64,000 nucleotides of DNA from Squalus acanthias (GCA_030390025.1 CM059431.1:155312001-155376000); one strand, 5' to 3'. Counted from the first letter of the stretch, positions 23,901 to 36,429 are shown. Numbers and translations are program-made. Notes: generated by a model from the sequence alone, not told the origin.

Positions 23901-24496
23901 TTATGTGTTTATAATACTAGGTATGAATCAGCAGATAACGGAATTTTACAAAGTCTCAAACTTAGTTCTAATTTGGGGAAATTACTGATCCGGGACAGAA
24001 TCGCTTTTACATTTCCACAGTGGGGAAAGGAAAGGACGCGACTGAGAGTTTAATTGGACGCACGTGCATGGACACACACACACACAAAGCGAGACACACG
24101 CACAACTGGAGAATTCTGGTTGTAAAACAGCAGGCAATTCTACTACTTGTATCTTTATGGCCAGTTCTGAGATTGTCAGAGCCGTAAATATATTCCACTA
24201 ATCAATGCTGTGCATCACCTCACTGTTTAAAGTGACGTGACATTAAACATTCCTGTTAATATTAGTGGACATCATGAGAGATATAATCAGTATCTTCAAA
24301 TAAAAGCAAAAACCAGGACACAACTCCATGAACACATGGACAATGTCACTGCCCATAAGGACCAGCGGGATCACACCCAGCTGTATGTTGTGTGTGGATA
24401 GATATCATAGTCATAAACTACCAGAATTTAACGTCAAAACGAATCAGCAAATCCAAAATATTAAACACAAATCTGTGAATAAATATAATATTATAC

Positions 24497-24679
24497 CGCC
24501 AGTCTGTGTACAACCGAGTGAAGGATCAGTTAATTCGTCAATGATCACTCGCTCCATATTCCCCTGCAGAATATTCTCTACCTCAGGAATAAGGCTGGTT
24601 TTGGCCTGCACTGTGAATAAATCTTTCCAACCGGCACTCCCAGTGCGGAGTCCCGGCCGACGGCAGCGCATCTGATATT
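24497..24679 (-). pseudogene. Exon-like segment of an unidentified protein (YQMRCRRPGLRTGSAGWKDLFTVQAKTSLIPEVENILQGNMERVIIDELTDPSLGCTQTG); paralogs at 40832-41013 and ~9627-9710
   Basis: 183 nt, open, phase 1-1, donor gcg|gtataa. Acceptor is CG here but AG (ctccacaacag) in the 41014 copy, which is frameshifted. Not recognisable as a TE. Confidence 0.35.
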
Positions 24680-24769
24680 CGGTTAAGGAGATCAACAACA
24701 ATAACTTGCATTTATATAACGCTTCTAACGTAGTAAAACATCCTAAAGGCGCTTCACAGGAGAGTCCTG

Positions 24770-25215
24770 ACTCGCAGCAAGTCCCGTCGTCCATCTCCCC
24801 TGTGTTCGCTCACCTATAATGTCTCCCGGTTAAGCAATGCCTCGATTTCAAAATTCTCATCCTTGTTTTCATATCCCTCCATGGCCTTTCCCTTCCTATC
24901 TCTGTAATCACTTTCAGCCCCACAGCCCCCCGAGATATCAGCGCTCCTTTAATTTTGCCCTATTGAGTATCCATGTGTATAATCGCTCACTGTTGCCTCG
25001 GCCGAAAGCTCTGGAATTCCCTCCCTAAACCTCTCCGCCTCGCTACCTCTCTTTCCTCCATTAAGACGCGCTTTAAAACCCATTTATTTGATCAAGTTTC
25101 CAGCCCTAAGTTATCCTTATGTGGCTCGGTGTCAAATGTTTTTATTACAATACTCCATTTCAGTGTCTTGGGAAGTTTTACTACGTTAAAGGCGTTATAC
25201 AAATAAAAGTTGTTG
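24770..25215 (+). mobile_element. L2 3' fragment inserted in inverted orientation into the tail of the antisense L2 (remnants at ~10020-10265, 49622-49693, 58758-58832)
   Basis: Splits cacaggag|..ttataagac, which is contiguous at 41088-41106. Confidence 0.75.
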
Positions 25216-25955
25216 TTATAAGAAAATAATTTGACACAGTGCCACATAAGGAGAAATTAGGGCAGATGACTAAAAGCTTGGTCAAAGAGGTAGGTTTAAA
25301 GGAGCGATTTAATGCAGGAAAGAGAGGTAGATAGGTTTAGGGAGGCACTTCCAGAGCTTAGGGTATTGCCACACTGAACGCACGGAAACCAATTGTTGAG
25401 CGTTTATAATCAGGGATGCTCATGAGGGCAGAATTATCGGAGCCCATTTATCTCGGGGGGCGGGGGGTGGGGTGGGTGCGATGGGGGTGGAAGTGAGGCT
25501 GTAAAACATTAGAGGTAGGAAGGTGCGGGGCCTTGGATGCAATTGAAAACAAGTGTGAGAAGTTTGAAATCAAGGCGTTGCTCAGCCAGGATCGAAAGTA
25601 GTTCAGCGAGTAGGGGTGATGGATGAATGGGAATTGGTGCGAGTTAAGACATTTGCAACCGAGTTTTGGATAACCTCTAATTTACGTAGGGTAGAACGTT
25701 GGTGACCAGCCATGAGTGTGTTGGAATAGTCAAGTCTAGCGGAACAAAGGCATGGATGAGGGTTTCAGCATCAGTGATGCTGATGCAGGGGCGGAGACGG
25801 GCGATGTTAAGGAGGTGGAAATAGTTATGCTGCGGATAAGTGGTTAGAAGCTCATTTCAGGGTAAAATATGACTCCTATGTTGCGAACAGTGTTGTTCGG
25901 CCTGAGACATTTGTTAGGGAGAGGGATGGAGTCGGTGGCGGAGAACGAAAACAAT

Positions 25956-25992
25956 GGTTCTGATGAAAGGTCATCGACCTGAAACGTTAACT
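25956..25992 (+). ncRNA. Minimal type I hammerhead ribozyme motif
   Basis: gguu CUGAUGA a AGGUC-auc-GACCU GAAA cg UU aacu: intact core, palindromic ACGU stem III, GUU triplet. Confidence 0.7.
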
Positions 25993-26054
25993 CTCTTTCT
26001 CTCTCCACGGATGCTGCCTGGCCTGCTGAGTTTTTCCAGCGTTTTCTATTGTTA
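25957..26054 (+). mobile_element. Short Penelope-derived repeat (second family)
   Basis: ttctgatgaaaggtcatcgacctgaaacgttaactct...gatgctgcctg.cctgctgag; absent from paralogous L2 copies. Confidence 0.75.
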
Positions 26055-26625
26055 TTCCTAATACTTAACTGGAGAAAATTGCTGCTCATCCAGAACTGGA
26101 TGTTGGCAAGCAGTCTGCCAATTTAGAGACCATGAAGGGTTCGAGAGAAGTGATGGTGAAGTAGAGCTGGGTCTCGTCAGTGTACATGTGGAAACTGAGT
26201 CTGTGTTTTCCGTTGATGTCGTCAAGGGGCAGCATGTAGATGAGAAATAGCAGGTGGCCAAGGATAGATTATTGGGGCACACCAGAGGTAACGATGCGTG
26301 AGCGACAAGAAAAGCCATTCCAGGTAATTATCTGGCCACGATAGATAAGAATGTATCCAGGCGAGTGCAGTCCCACCCAGCTGGACGACGGTGGAAAGGC
26401 GTTGCAGGAGCGTGGAGTGCTCAACAGTGTCAAAGGCTGCTAAGAAGTCGAGAAGGGCGAGGAGGGAAAGTTCGTCTTTGTCACTTTCACAAATGATGTC
26501 ATTTTTGACTTCGAAGAGAGCCGTTTCGGTACTGTGGCAGAGGCGGAAAACTGATTGGTAGGATTTAAGCATGGAGTTCCAGGAAAGATGGGCATGGATT
26601 GGGGAGGTGACAAGATGTTCAAGGA

Positions 26626-26868
26626 TACAAAAGCAAAATACTGCGGATGCTGGAAATCTGAAATGCAAACAGAAAATGCTGGAAATACTCAGCAGCTCAG
26701 GCAGCATCTGTGGAAAGAGAAACAGAGTTATCGTTTCAGGTGGATGACCCTTCGTCAGAACTGATCAGTTCTGACGAAGGCTCATCGACCGGAAACTTTA
26801 GCTCTGTTTGTCTCTCCACAGATGCAGCCTGACCTGCTGAGTATTTCCAGCATTTTCGGTTTTTATTT
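26626..26868. mobile_element. Inverted (head-to-head) pair of Penelope-derived repeats, each with a degenerate hammerhead
   Basis: Perfect 32-bp central palindrome 26749-26780; 14-bp TSD aagatgttcaagga/aacatgttcaagga. Confidence 0.85.
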
Positions 26869-27570
26869 AACATGTTCAAGGACGTTGAATCGGAAAGGGC
26901 GGTTGGAAATGGGGCGTAGGTGTGCAAGGACAGAGGAGTCAAGAGGTTTTTTTTGAGAGAGTGCAGATGGCGGCAGATTTGAAGGAGAGGGGAACAGTAC
27001 CCAAGGAGAGAGAACCGTTAACAATGTCAGCTAACAAAAAAGCCAGAAAAGGAAGTTGGGTGGTCCGCAGTTGGTAGGAACATTTTCGAGGGAGCAGAAC
27101 GTGAGTCTCATGGACAGGATGAGCCCTGATAGGTCAGGAGTGGAGATCGGAGAGAAGCTGGCGAAAGATGCGAGTTCAGGCCTAGGACAGGGGGAAACAT
27201 TGGGGAAGTTTGGCCCGGTGGGCCAGCGGAAGGAAGAGAAGTGGCAGAGGCAGCTGATCGTACGTTCTCAATCATAGAGATGAAGAATTTCATGTGCAAC
27301 TCGCACTTGTTGGAGGTGAGGGTAGAGGAGACAGGGGTTTGGAGCTTAAGAAGATGGTTAGCAGTGGAGAATAGAAGTTGGGGTTTAGCTTTGCATTCCA
27401 GAATGATTCTGGAATAGCGAGCATTTTTGGCAGACGAGATGTGGACCCACTAATGCTTTATAAGGTCCAGCCAGATCTGGCGGCGAATGGCCAAACCAGT
27501 TGTCCGCCAAAGCCCTTCAAGTCTGCGTCTCTGGACTTAAGGGGGCGAAGATGAGCGCCGTGCCAGTTGG

Positions 27571-28768
27571 TTTTACGAAGGGGAAGTCATGTTTGACAAA
27601 TTTGCTGGAGTTCTTTGAGGAAGTAACATATAGAGTGGATAAAGGGGAACCAGTGGACGTAGTGTATTTGGACTTCCAAAAGGCATTTGACAAGGTGCCA
27701 CACAAAAGGTTATTGCTTAAGGTAAAAAATCACGGGATTGGGGGTAATATTCTGTCATGGATAGAGGATTGGCTATCTAACAGAAAGCAAAGAGTTGGGA
27801 TAAATGGTTCATTCTCAGACTGGCAATCAGTAACTAGTGGTGTTCCACAGGGGTCAGTGCTGGGTCTCCAACTCTTCACAATCTATATTAACGATTTGGA
27901 GGAAGGGACCAAGTGTAACATATTAAAATTTGCAGATGATACAAAGATGGGAGGGAAAGTAGTGAGTGAGGAGGACATAAAAAACCTGCAAGGGGACATA
28001 GACAGGCTAAGTAAGTGGGCAGAGATTTGGCAGATGGAATACAACACTGGAAAGTGTGAGGTGATGCACTTTGGCAGGAAAAATCCTAGAGCAATTTATT
28101 ATCTTAATGGCAAGAAACTGGAGAGTACTGAAGTGCAAAGGGATCTGGGGGTCCTGGTGCACGAAACTCAAAAGGTTAGTATGCAGGTGCAGCAAGTGAT
28201 TAAGAAGGCCAATGGAATGTTGGCTTTCATTGCTAGGGGGATAGAATATAAAAATAGGGAGGTATTGCTTCTGTTGTACAAGGTATTGGTGAGACCGCAC
28301 CTGGAATACTGCATACAGTTTTGGTGTCCTTACTTAAGGAAAGACATCCTTGCTCTCGAGGCAGTGCAAAAAAGGTTCACTCGGTTAATCCCGGGGATGA
28401 GGGGGTGGTCATATGAGGAGAGGTTGGGTAGATTGGGACTCTACTCATTGGAGTTCAGAAGAATGAGAGGCGATCTTATTGAAACATATAAGATTGTGAA
28501 GGGGTTGGATCGGGTGGATGCGGGGAGGATGTTCCCGATGACGGGTGAGACGAGAACTAGGGGACATAGTCTTAGAATAAGGTGCTGCTCTTTCAAAACT
28601 GAGATGAGGAGGAACTACTTCACTCAGAGGGTGGTAGGTCCATGGAATATGCTGCCACCAAAAGCTGTAGAAGCTACAACATTAATTAAATTTAAAACAG
28701 AAATAGACAGTTTCCTAGAAGTAAAGGGCATTAAGGGTTACGGGGAGCGGGCAGGAATTTGGACATGA
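27571..28768 (+). CDS. CR1 ORF2 reverse transcriptase + C-terminal domain, uninterrupted but 5'-truncated
   Basis: [49 protein letters not shown]; no stops over ~400 codons. Confidence 0.9.
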
Positions 28769-29000
28769 GTCTAGGTTCGGATCGGTCATGGCCCTGTGGG
28801 TAGTGGAGCGGGCCCAGGGACTGTGTAGCCTGATTCTGCTCCTATTTCGTGTGTGCAATTCTGTTAGATGCAGGAGATGGTTCTGTGATAGATAGTAGAT
28901 TGGCGGTTAGGATCAGATCAGCCATGATCTTATTGAATGGCGGAGCAGGCTCGAGGGGCCGATTGGCCTACTCCTGCTCCTATTTCTTATGTTCTTATGT
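27571..29000 (+). mobile_element. Young 5'-truncated CR1 LINE insertion
   Basis: Splits ccagttgg|aacagccagg, which is contiguous at 51648-51665. Ends in (ttcttatg)2. No TSD; tgg microhomology at the 5' junction. Confidence 0.95.
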
Positions 29001-30519
29001 AACAGCCAGGGTGAGAGAGTGTGATTGTTTTAATAGGGACTACGACATCGAAGGTGGTGGTGAGCGTGTGGTAAAGCAGGTCAGTTGCTGCAGAAATGTC
29101 ATGTTGAATGGAGGGCCAAAGGCTGGACAGTTGGGATTTCCTAAGTGCAGTTGTAAGAGAATTGGGAGAGAATTGTTTTTTTTCCAGGGGAGGAAACAAA
29201 ATGAAGTATGGTTTGGGGAGAAGGGCGATGTGAGTGGAGAGCGATACGTGGAAATGGTCACAGATGGCTGTATCTACACGATGGGAGTAGCGAGGCCACG
29301 AGAGATGGCAAGGTAGAGGGGATGGCCGTGAATATTTGTTTGGGAGTTTACATGAAGGTGGAGATTAAGGGAAGTAGCAGGGCAGTGAGCTCAGAGGAGA
29401 GAGAGCCTGAGGAATTGAGATGGAGGCTGAAATCACCGAGGATGAGAAGTCGCTCGGTGCAGGTGCCGAGGGAGGAAAGCAGTGAAGATATCTTGGTGAT
29501 AAAATTATAATGTCACTTGGGTGGGCGGCAGAGAACGAGAATTTAAATAGGAGGTGAGAGCTGTGGAATAAGTTGAGATGCTCAAAGAATGTTAAAGTGG
29601 CGGAGGAGTAGGGGGACATTCCAAGGTGTTATTGGGTAATGAGAGCCGCACTGCCGCCATGGCTGTCTGGGCTGGGCAAGTGGTGGAAAGTATAGCCAGG
29701 CGCGGAGGATTCATTTAATGCAAAGGCGTCATCACCCCTCAGCCAAATTTCCGTCAGGGCCATGATGTCGATGCAATCGAACACGATAAGCTCATGGATG
29801 GCTAGGTCTTTGTTCGCAAGAGAATGAATTTTGGAGTGAGATGCGGAGAGGTTCGGTGATGTCTAACCCACTGCCAGTGTGCACAGGGTCAGCGCTGGGA
29901 GGGGTGTGTTGGACGGGAAGGAGATTGAAAGATTAGCATCCAGCAGACGGGCTGGGCGGTCGAGGTCGGCGGGAATGTAGGATAGTACAGTTGAGTTGCT
30001 GCTCGTGAGGAGGCAGCAACGAGTGCCACTGTGGTCCTAGAGGGAGTCAAGTCTGGGACTGCAGCTGGAGAGTAGGAAGTTCGAAGAGTAATGAACGGTT
30101 AGTGCAGGGATTTGGAAGTGCATTGTATCCGAGAGAGCAGAGATGAAAATAGGCATGATGACAAGAGAGAGCGATCAGGAAGGGATAGAGAGAACAGGAA
30201 AAGGGGAGAAAAAAGTAGAAATAGAAGTGAACGGTTCGGGTCCGCAGCGCCAGCAAACATGCACACGCAAGATCAGTGGGACTCAATGGTTTTCGTTGGA
30301 CAGCTGTCTGTGTCACACCTGATGTGGAGTGTTCATCGTAACACTCGTGAAATGCTCGAACACAGAGCTACCAGCTGGTGTACTGGTGGGTGAAGGAGGG
30401 ATTTGATATCATGTTTAACAAGGCAACGTTCTCCTTCTCATATTCATATTTACATCTATCACTCCTGTTATATTATATTTATTACAGTGCGTCGGAATCA
30501 GGGACTGACTGACCACCCC

Positions 30520-30589
30520 ATGGCTGAAATTCCAGGCTGGATAAAAGATGATTTAAACAAAAGGATCATGATCAGGAGCCAGGACACAG
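30520..30589 (+). CDS. Putative first coding exon, copy 3 (MAEIPGWIKDDLNKRIMIRSQDT+G); exon 30488-30589
   Basis: Acceptor tttattacag, ATG 30520, donor cag|gtaggt, 70 nt (in-frame +6). Confidence 0.6.
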
Positions 30590-31039
30590 GTAGGTTCAGA
30601 AAATACTTTAAAATATAATTGCTCTCCTGAACAAGCGGCCAGATCTCTTGCAATAACCTGCACCTCCACAGGAAGAGGGAAGAGGACAGGTGCTGAGTAG
30701 AAAGAGGGAAGTGAGTGATCATCTAGAGGGGAATCGCATTCACAGGTGGAGGGAGCCCGTGAGTACTGGAGCTGTCCAATAGATGCCAGGTATAGGAGAC
30801 TGTAAGGTGGATAGAGACAGTGCCTCAGAGGAGGGACTCCCTAAGCAACAGTGTGGCACCAGGGAGCAGGAGGCCGCCACGAGTGGGGTGAGAGGCAGGT
30901 GGGGCAGAGGAAAAGGAGATTAATAGTGCTGGGAGATTCTATAGTCAGGGGAATAGAAAGACGCGTCTGCAGCCCTGAGCATGTGCCGAATGGTAAGATG
31001 CCTCCCTGATGCCAGGGGGAAGAACATCCAGGAACAGGA

Positions 31040-31700
31040 CAATAATGCCAAAACAAAATCTTAACAAGCACTAGGGTTTATTTGCAGAGGGATAACATTG
31101 AAAAGTAGAGAAGTTATGCTAAACTTGTATCGAACCTTGGTTAGATCACACTTGGAGTACTGTGTATAGTTTTGGTCGCCATATTATAGAAAACCATACA
31201 GAGATACTGGAGAAGGTGCACACAATATATACAAGGATGATATCAAAACTGCGAGGTTATACCTGTCAGGAAAGTTTGAAAAGGCTGCGTCCCTTTTCTC
31301 CTAAAAAGAGAGTGTTGAGGGGTGACCGAATAGAAGTCTTCAAAATTATGAAAGCTTTTGATACAGTAGACAGACTGTTTCCACTTGTGTGGAAGAGCAA
31401 AACTGGAGGCCATCAATATAAGATAGTCAACAAGAAATCAGATAGGGAAATCAGTAGAAACATCTTCAGCCAGAGAGTGATGAGAATGTGGAACTCGCTA
31501 CAACAGGGAGTGGTTGGAGCGAATTGTATAGATTCATTTGAGGGGAGGCTTGATAAGCCAATGAGGGAGAAGGCAATAGTGGGTTATGCTGATAGTTATA
31601 TGAGGAAGGATGGGAACAGGCTCGAGTGGAGCATAAATGAACTGGTTGGGCCAAATGGCTTGTTTCTGAGCTGTATATTTATAATTCTATGTAATCCACA
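31040..31700 (+). mobile_element. CR1 3' remnant (U3); shorter 3' remnants at ~2950-3010, 7790-8030, 34120-34320, 36680-36920
   Basis: RVLRGDRIEVFKIMK...QRVMRMWNSL. Confidence 0.85.
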
Positions 31701-33077
31701 TGCACACAGTTAAGAAATAGGAAGGGAAATAGCAATGTTCACCCAATTTATTTTTGGATGTGGCTCCCTTTAACGAGCTGCGGGGCTGATTCACATTTTC
31801 GCGCTTGTGCCAGATCTACCATAGACAAGCCGGTAAGGGGCCTGCGCGGGTTCTCCAGATAGCTGCGCGGTCTTGCAGCTTAGCGGGAACGCTGCAGTGT
31901 AGGTGAGATAGAGGGGGAGCTGGGGGAAACTCGTGGAGGTTGAAGGTTTGAGCAGATACAAAATATTTCCTTTGATGGTTGAAGTGAAAATATTGATGTA
32001 AGGAGCAGGATGTGGGTCGATTGTTAGAGATCTCTGTAGAGAAGGTTTTGGATTTGAGAAGAATAGCTTAGGTGGATAAGTCACTGGACCCAGAGATAAT
32101 GCACCTCAGGCTGTTACAGGAAATCAGAGGGGAGATAAAAGGCACTCTGACCACAATTGTTCAATCCTCATATAATATCAGAAATGTACAGGTGGACTGA
32201 AAGAGCCCAAAACATGTCTCTTTTAAAATGGGGAGATAGGATCAGCGGGAAACTGCAGACCAATCAGTCTGTTATTTGTCAGCAAGCTGATCGAATCTGT
32301 AATTCCAGTTTGAATTAATGAACATTTAGAGATAAAGGGGATGCTGGAGCAGTTTATCTGTAGACAAGTTTTAATGACGAATTTGATACAGCTTTTCTGA
32401 GACAGGTCTGTATAGATCTGATATAGAAAGCACCCATCACCCGTGTGCTTTCTGATCTACATTGGCTCACGATCCGGCAACACCTCGATTTAAAAATTCT
32501 CATCCTTGTTTTCAAATCCCTTCATGGCCTCGCCACTCAGTATCTCTGTCACCTCCTCCAAACCTAAGCCCTCGAGATAACTGCGATCCTCTAATTCTGT
32601 CATCACCCCGTCGCCCCGAATTTAATCAATCCACCATTGGTGGCCAAGCCTTCTACTGCCCTAAAGCCTGAAATTCCATCTCTCTCATATAAGACGCTCC
32701 TTAAAAGCTACCTTTTTGTCCAAGCTTTTCGTTACCTGTCCCAACAGGTGGATCTGTGTCACATATTGTTTGATAACGCTCCGGCGGAGTTTCTTGGAGC
32801 GTCTTATTGCGTTAAAAAAAGATTTATAAATGAAAGCTGTTGTTGTGGAGACTGTAATCTTGCCTCATCAAACCGATAAGTCGGTTATTTGGCTATACTA
32901 TCCAGCCAGGATCTTTGCTGTACGCCATCTCGTTCGGAATCAATCCCTGGATCCTGCAGATACTTTACAGCACATTCAGCTTGTCTGCAACATTCTGCGA
33001 GGCGAGCTACAGTGTCAACCTGTGGGCGCGGTGCCCTAGAGTGCTCTGCCCGCCCTCTTGTTCCAGACACGGTGCAT

Positions 33078-34119
33078 TGGGGTGAGTGGGGTGTCGGTGT
33101 TGGGATGGGTGAGTGGAGTGTCGGTGTTGGATTGGGTCAGTGGAGTTTCGGTGTTTGGCTGGACAGTGGGATGTAGGGGTAGGAATGGTCTGTGGGGTCG
33201 TTGTAGAGTTGGGTCAGTGGGGTGTCGGTTTTGGCATGGGACATTGAGGTGTCAGTGTAAGGCTATGTCTGTGGGGTGTCGGTGTTGCTCTGAGTTAGTG
33301 AGGTGTCGCTGTTGTGTCAGTTGGGTGCCGGTTTAGGACTGGCTCAGTGGGGTGTTGGTGTTGTGCTGCGTCAGTGGAGTGTGTGTGTTGGACTGGGTCA
33401 GTGGGCTCTCGGTGTAGGGCTGGGTCAGTAGGGTGTCAGTGTTGGGCTGGGTGAGTGGGAATTCGGTGTTGGGCTAGGTCAGTGCCGTTTCGGTGTAGTG
33501 CTGGTTCAGTGGGGTATCGGTGTTGGGCAGGGTCTGTGGTGTATCAGTGTTTGCTCAGTGATGTGTTCGGCATGGGCTGGGTCACTGGGGTTTCGGTGTA
33601 GGGCTGAGTCATTCGGGTGTTTGTGTAGGTCTGTCTCAGGCTTTTGTTGGCCTTGGGCTGTGTCAGTGGCGCGTCAGGGCTGGGTAAGTGAATGTGTGGG
33701 GGTTGGGTCAGTGAGGATTTCGGAGCTTGGTCAGGAAGGGTGTCGGGGCTGGGTCAGTGAGGGTGTCGGGGCTAGGTGGGCCACTGGAGGGCGTGCCGAG
33801 GCTGGGTCACTGAGCGTTTCGGAGCTGGGACAGTGAGGATGTCGGGACTTTTTCAATGACGGTTTCGTCGCTGGGTCAGTTGCGTGTCGGAGTTGGTCCT
33901 GGTCATTGATAATGTTCCTGTTGGTCTGGGTCAGTGCGGTGTCGGTATTGGGCTGGGTCAGTGGATTGTCGGTGTTGGGCTGTGTCAGTGATAGTGTCGG
34001 GGCTGGTTCAGTGAGGGTGTCGGGGCTGGGTCAGTGAGGGTGTCGTGCTGGGTCAGTGAGGGTGTCTGGGCTGGGTCTGTGAGGGTGTCGGGGCTGGGTC
34101 AATGAGTGTGTCGTCGCTG
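33078..34119 (+). repeat. G-rich minisatellite
   Basis: Same 27/23-mer family. Confidence 0.9.
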
Positions 34120-34772
34120 GGAGTGGTTGAAGGGAACATTATAGATGCATTTTGGGAAGGCTTGATAAGCCTATGAGGGAAAAGGCAACAGTGGGTTATG
34201 CTGATCGTTGGCTGAGGAAGGATGGGAGGAGGCTCGAGTGGAGCATAAATGAACTGGTTGGGCCGAATGGTCTTTTTCTGTGCTGTATATTGTTTGTCAT
34301 TCAATGTAATCCATATATACACAGTTAAGCAATAAGAAGGGAAATATCAATGTTCCCCCTAACGTTTTTTTGGATGCGGCTCCCTTTAACCAGTAGCTGG
34401 GCCCTTTCACAATTTCGCGCATGTGCAAAATCTACCACAGAAAAGCCGGTAAGCGGCCTGTGCGGGATCTCCAGAGAGCTGCGTGGTCGTGCAGCTTTGC
34501 GGTAACCGTGCAGTGGAGGTGAGATCGAGTCGGAACTGGGGGAAACTCGTGGTGGGTGAAGGTTTGGGCAGATAAAAAATATTTACTTTGATGATGGAAA
34601 TGGAAATGTTGATGTACAAGAGGAGGATGTTGGACCATAGTTAGAGATCACTGTAGAGAAGGATTTGGATCTGAGAAAAATAGATGAGTGGCTTAGTCAC
34701 TGGGCGCAGAGAAAATGCACCTCAGGCTGTTAAATAAATCAGAGGGAATATAACATGGACTCTGATCACAAT

Positions 34773-35527
34773 GGCCCAAAAATTCGGCACTTCACGGGTG
34801 AGTACACAATGCGTACTCAACCGTAATGCGACCCGAAGTGCCGGTTTCCTGTATGCACTGCGCGTGCGCGGGAAACCGGAACTTCCGGTCTGGTGAAGGG
34901 GGCGGTTCCGAGGTGAACCGCCTGCGCGGTAGAGGCTGCGTGCACGCAGCTAACTTAGATTTTTTTTCAGGTTGCTACGGGAAGGTAAGTAGTGAAGAAC
35001 CTACGCTATAAAAAGGAGGCGCAGGAGCTGTTTTCAACAAGGTAAGTGATTATTAAGTATAATTTTTTTTTCCAAAGGTTTTCCTGTTTTAAATACTTTA
35101 AAGTAAGGTAAGTTTATTTTTATCACTTTTGAAAAGTATTTTAATTTTTTCAAAAATTTAAATTTTTGTTTAAAGTGGTTAATTTATTTAACTATAGTTA
35201 TTTTATAATTGTGATGGTTTTTTAAAAAATATTTTAAGTTTAGCTGTTCTTTTGGGGCCGATTTCAATTCGCAGATTTGACAGCTCTTCCTTTCAAATCT
35301 ATGAATGAAAGATGTTCTGCTGCCATTGGCTCTCCATGGGCCACGTGATCCCAGGGGACGCATCGCACTAACTACGCCCCAGGGTCAGGCAAGCATTGCA
35401 CGCCGGCTCTTAGAGCAGGACCAGGAGCAGAAGTTCACGTGGGTCCAAAACACAACGGCAGGCGCGGTAGGTAATGCCTGCATGATCCTTACCCCCGCGG
35501 CAAGCCGGAGAGGTGAATTTCTGGGCC
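34773..35527 (+). mobile_element. ~750-bp non-autonomous DNA transposon (GGCCC TIR, PIF/Harbinger-group-like), copy 1
   Basis: ggcccaaaaattc...gaatttctgggcc, flanks aat/att, absent from paralogous units. Confidence 0.85.
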
Positions 35528-36429
35528 ATTCTATCAATCCTCATATAATATCAGAAAAATACAAGTGGGCTGCAAGAGCCCAAACAATTTCTCTGTTAAA
35601 ATGGGTAGAGAGGATCAGCGGGTAACTGGAGACCAATTAGTCTGTTATTTGTGAGCAAGCTGTTCCAAACTGTAATTCCAGTTTGAATTAGTGATCATTT
35701 AGAAATAAAGCGGAGTCTGGAACAGATTAGCTTTAGACAAGTTGTATTTGGCGAATTTGATACAGCTTTTCTGAGACGTGTCTGTATAGATCTGACATAG
35801 AAAACACCCATCACCCGTGTCGTTTCTGATCTACATTGACTCCCGATATTGCAAAACCTCGATTTAAAAATTCGTATTCTTGATTTCAAATCCCTCCATT
35901 GCCTCGCCACTCACTATCTCTGTTACCTCCTCAAAACCTAAACATCCGTGATCTCTGTGATCGTCCAATTCTGGCCTCTTGCGCACCCCCGATGTTATTC
36001 ACTCCGCCATTGGTGGCCATGGCTTCTACTGCTCTAAAGTCTGGAATTACTTTTCTCTCCTTTAAGACTCTTCTTAAAACGTACCTCTTTGACCAAGCTT
36101 TTGGTCACCTTTCCTAATATGTATCTCGGAATCCAATTTTGTTTAATGCTCCTGCGTAGAAAAAGTTACATAAATGAAAGCTGTTGTGGAGATTGGAATA
36201 TTACCTCATTAACCGGATAAATCGGGTATTTGGCTATAACTACACAGCCAGGATCTTTGCTCAACTACATGTCTTTCGGAATCAGTCCCTGGATCCTGCA
36301 GATGATTTACAGGACATTCAGCTCGTCCGCAATCTTCCTCCAGGCTAGCTGCAGTGTCATCCTGTGGGACCAATGCCCTAGAGTACACTTCCCGCTATCT
36401 TGTGCAAGACACGATGCACTGCCATCCTG

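Larger units (their letters stand above)
24690..30270 (-). mobile_element. Degenerate L2 LINE (U3 copy) with nested L2 tail, two Penelope-type inserts and a CR1
   Basis: YQSVFRLCHSTETAL...LLDFLAAFDTVEHSTLLQRL; colinear with 10266-13590. Confidence 0.9.

Noticed and set aside
27500..28768. 422-aa RT as a retron, DGR, group II intron or domesticated gene
   Set aside because: Motifs, 3' UTR and ttcttatg tail are those of a CR1 LINE; an empty site exists in paralogous units; the first ~24 codons are antisense L2.
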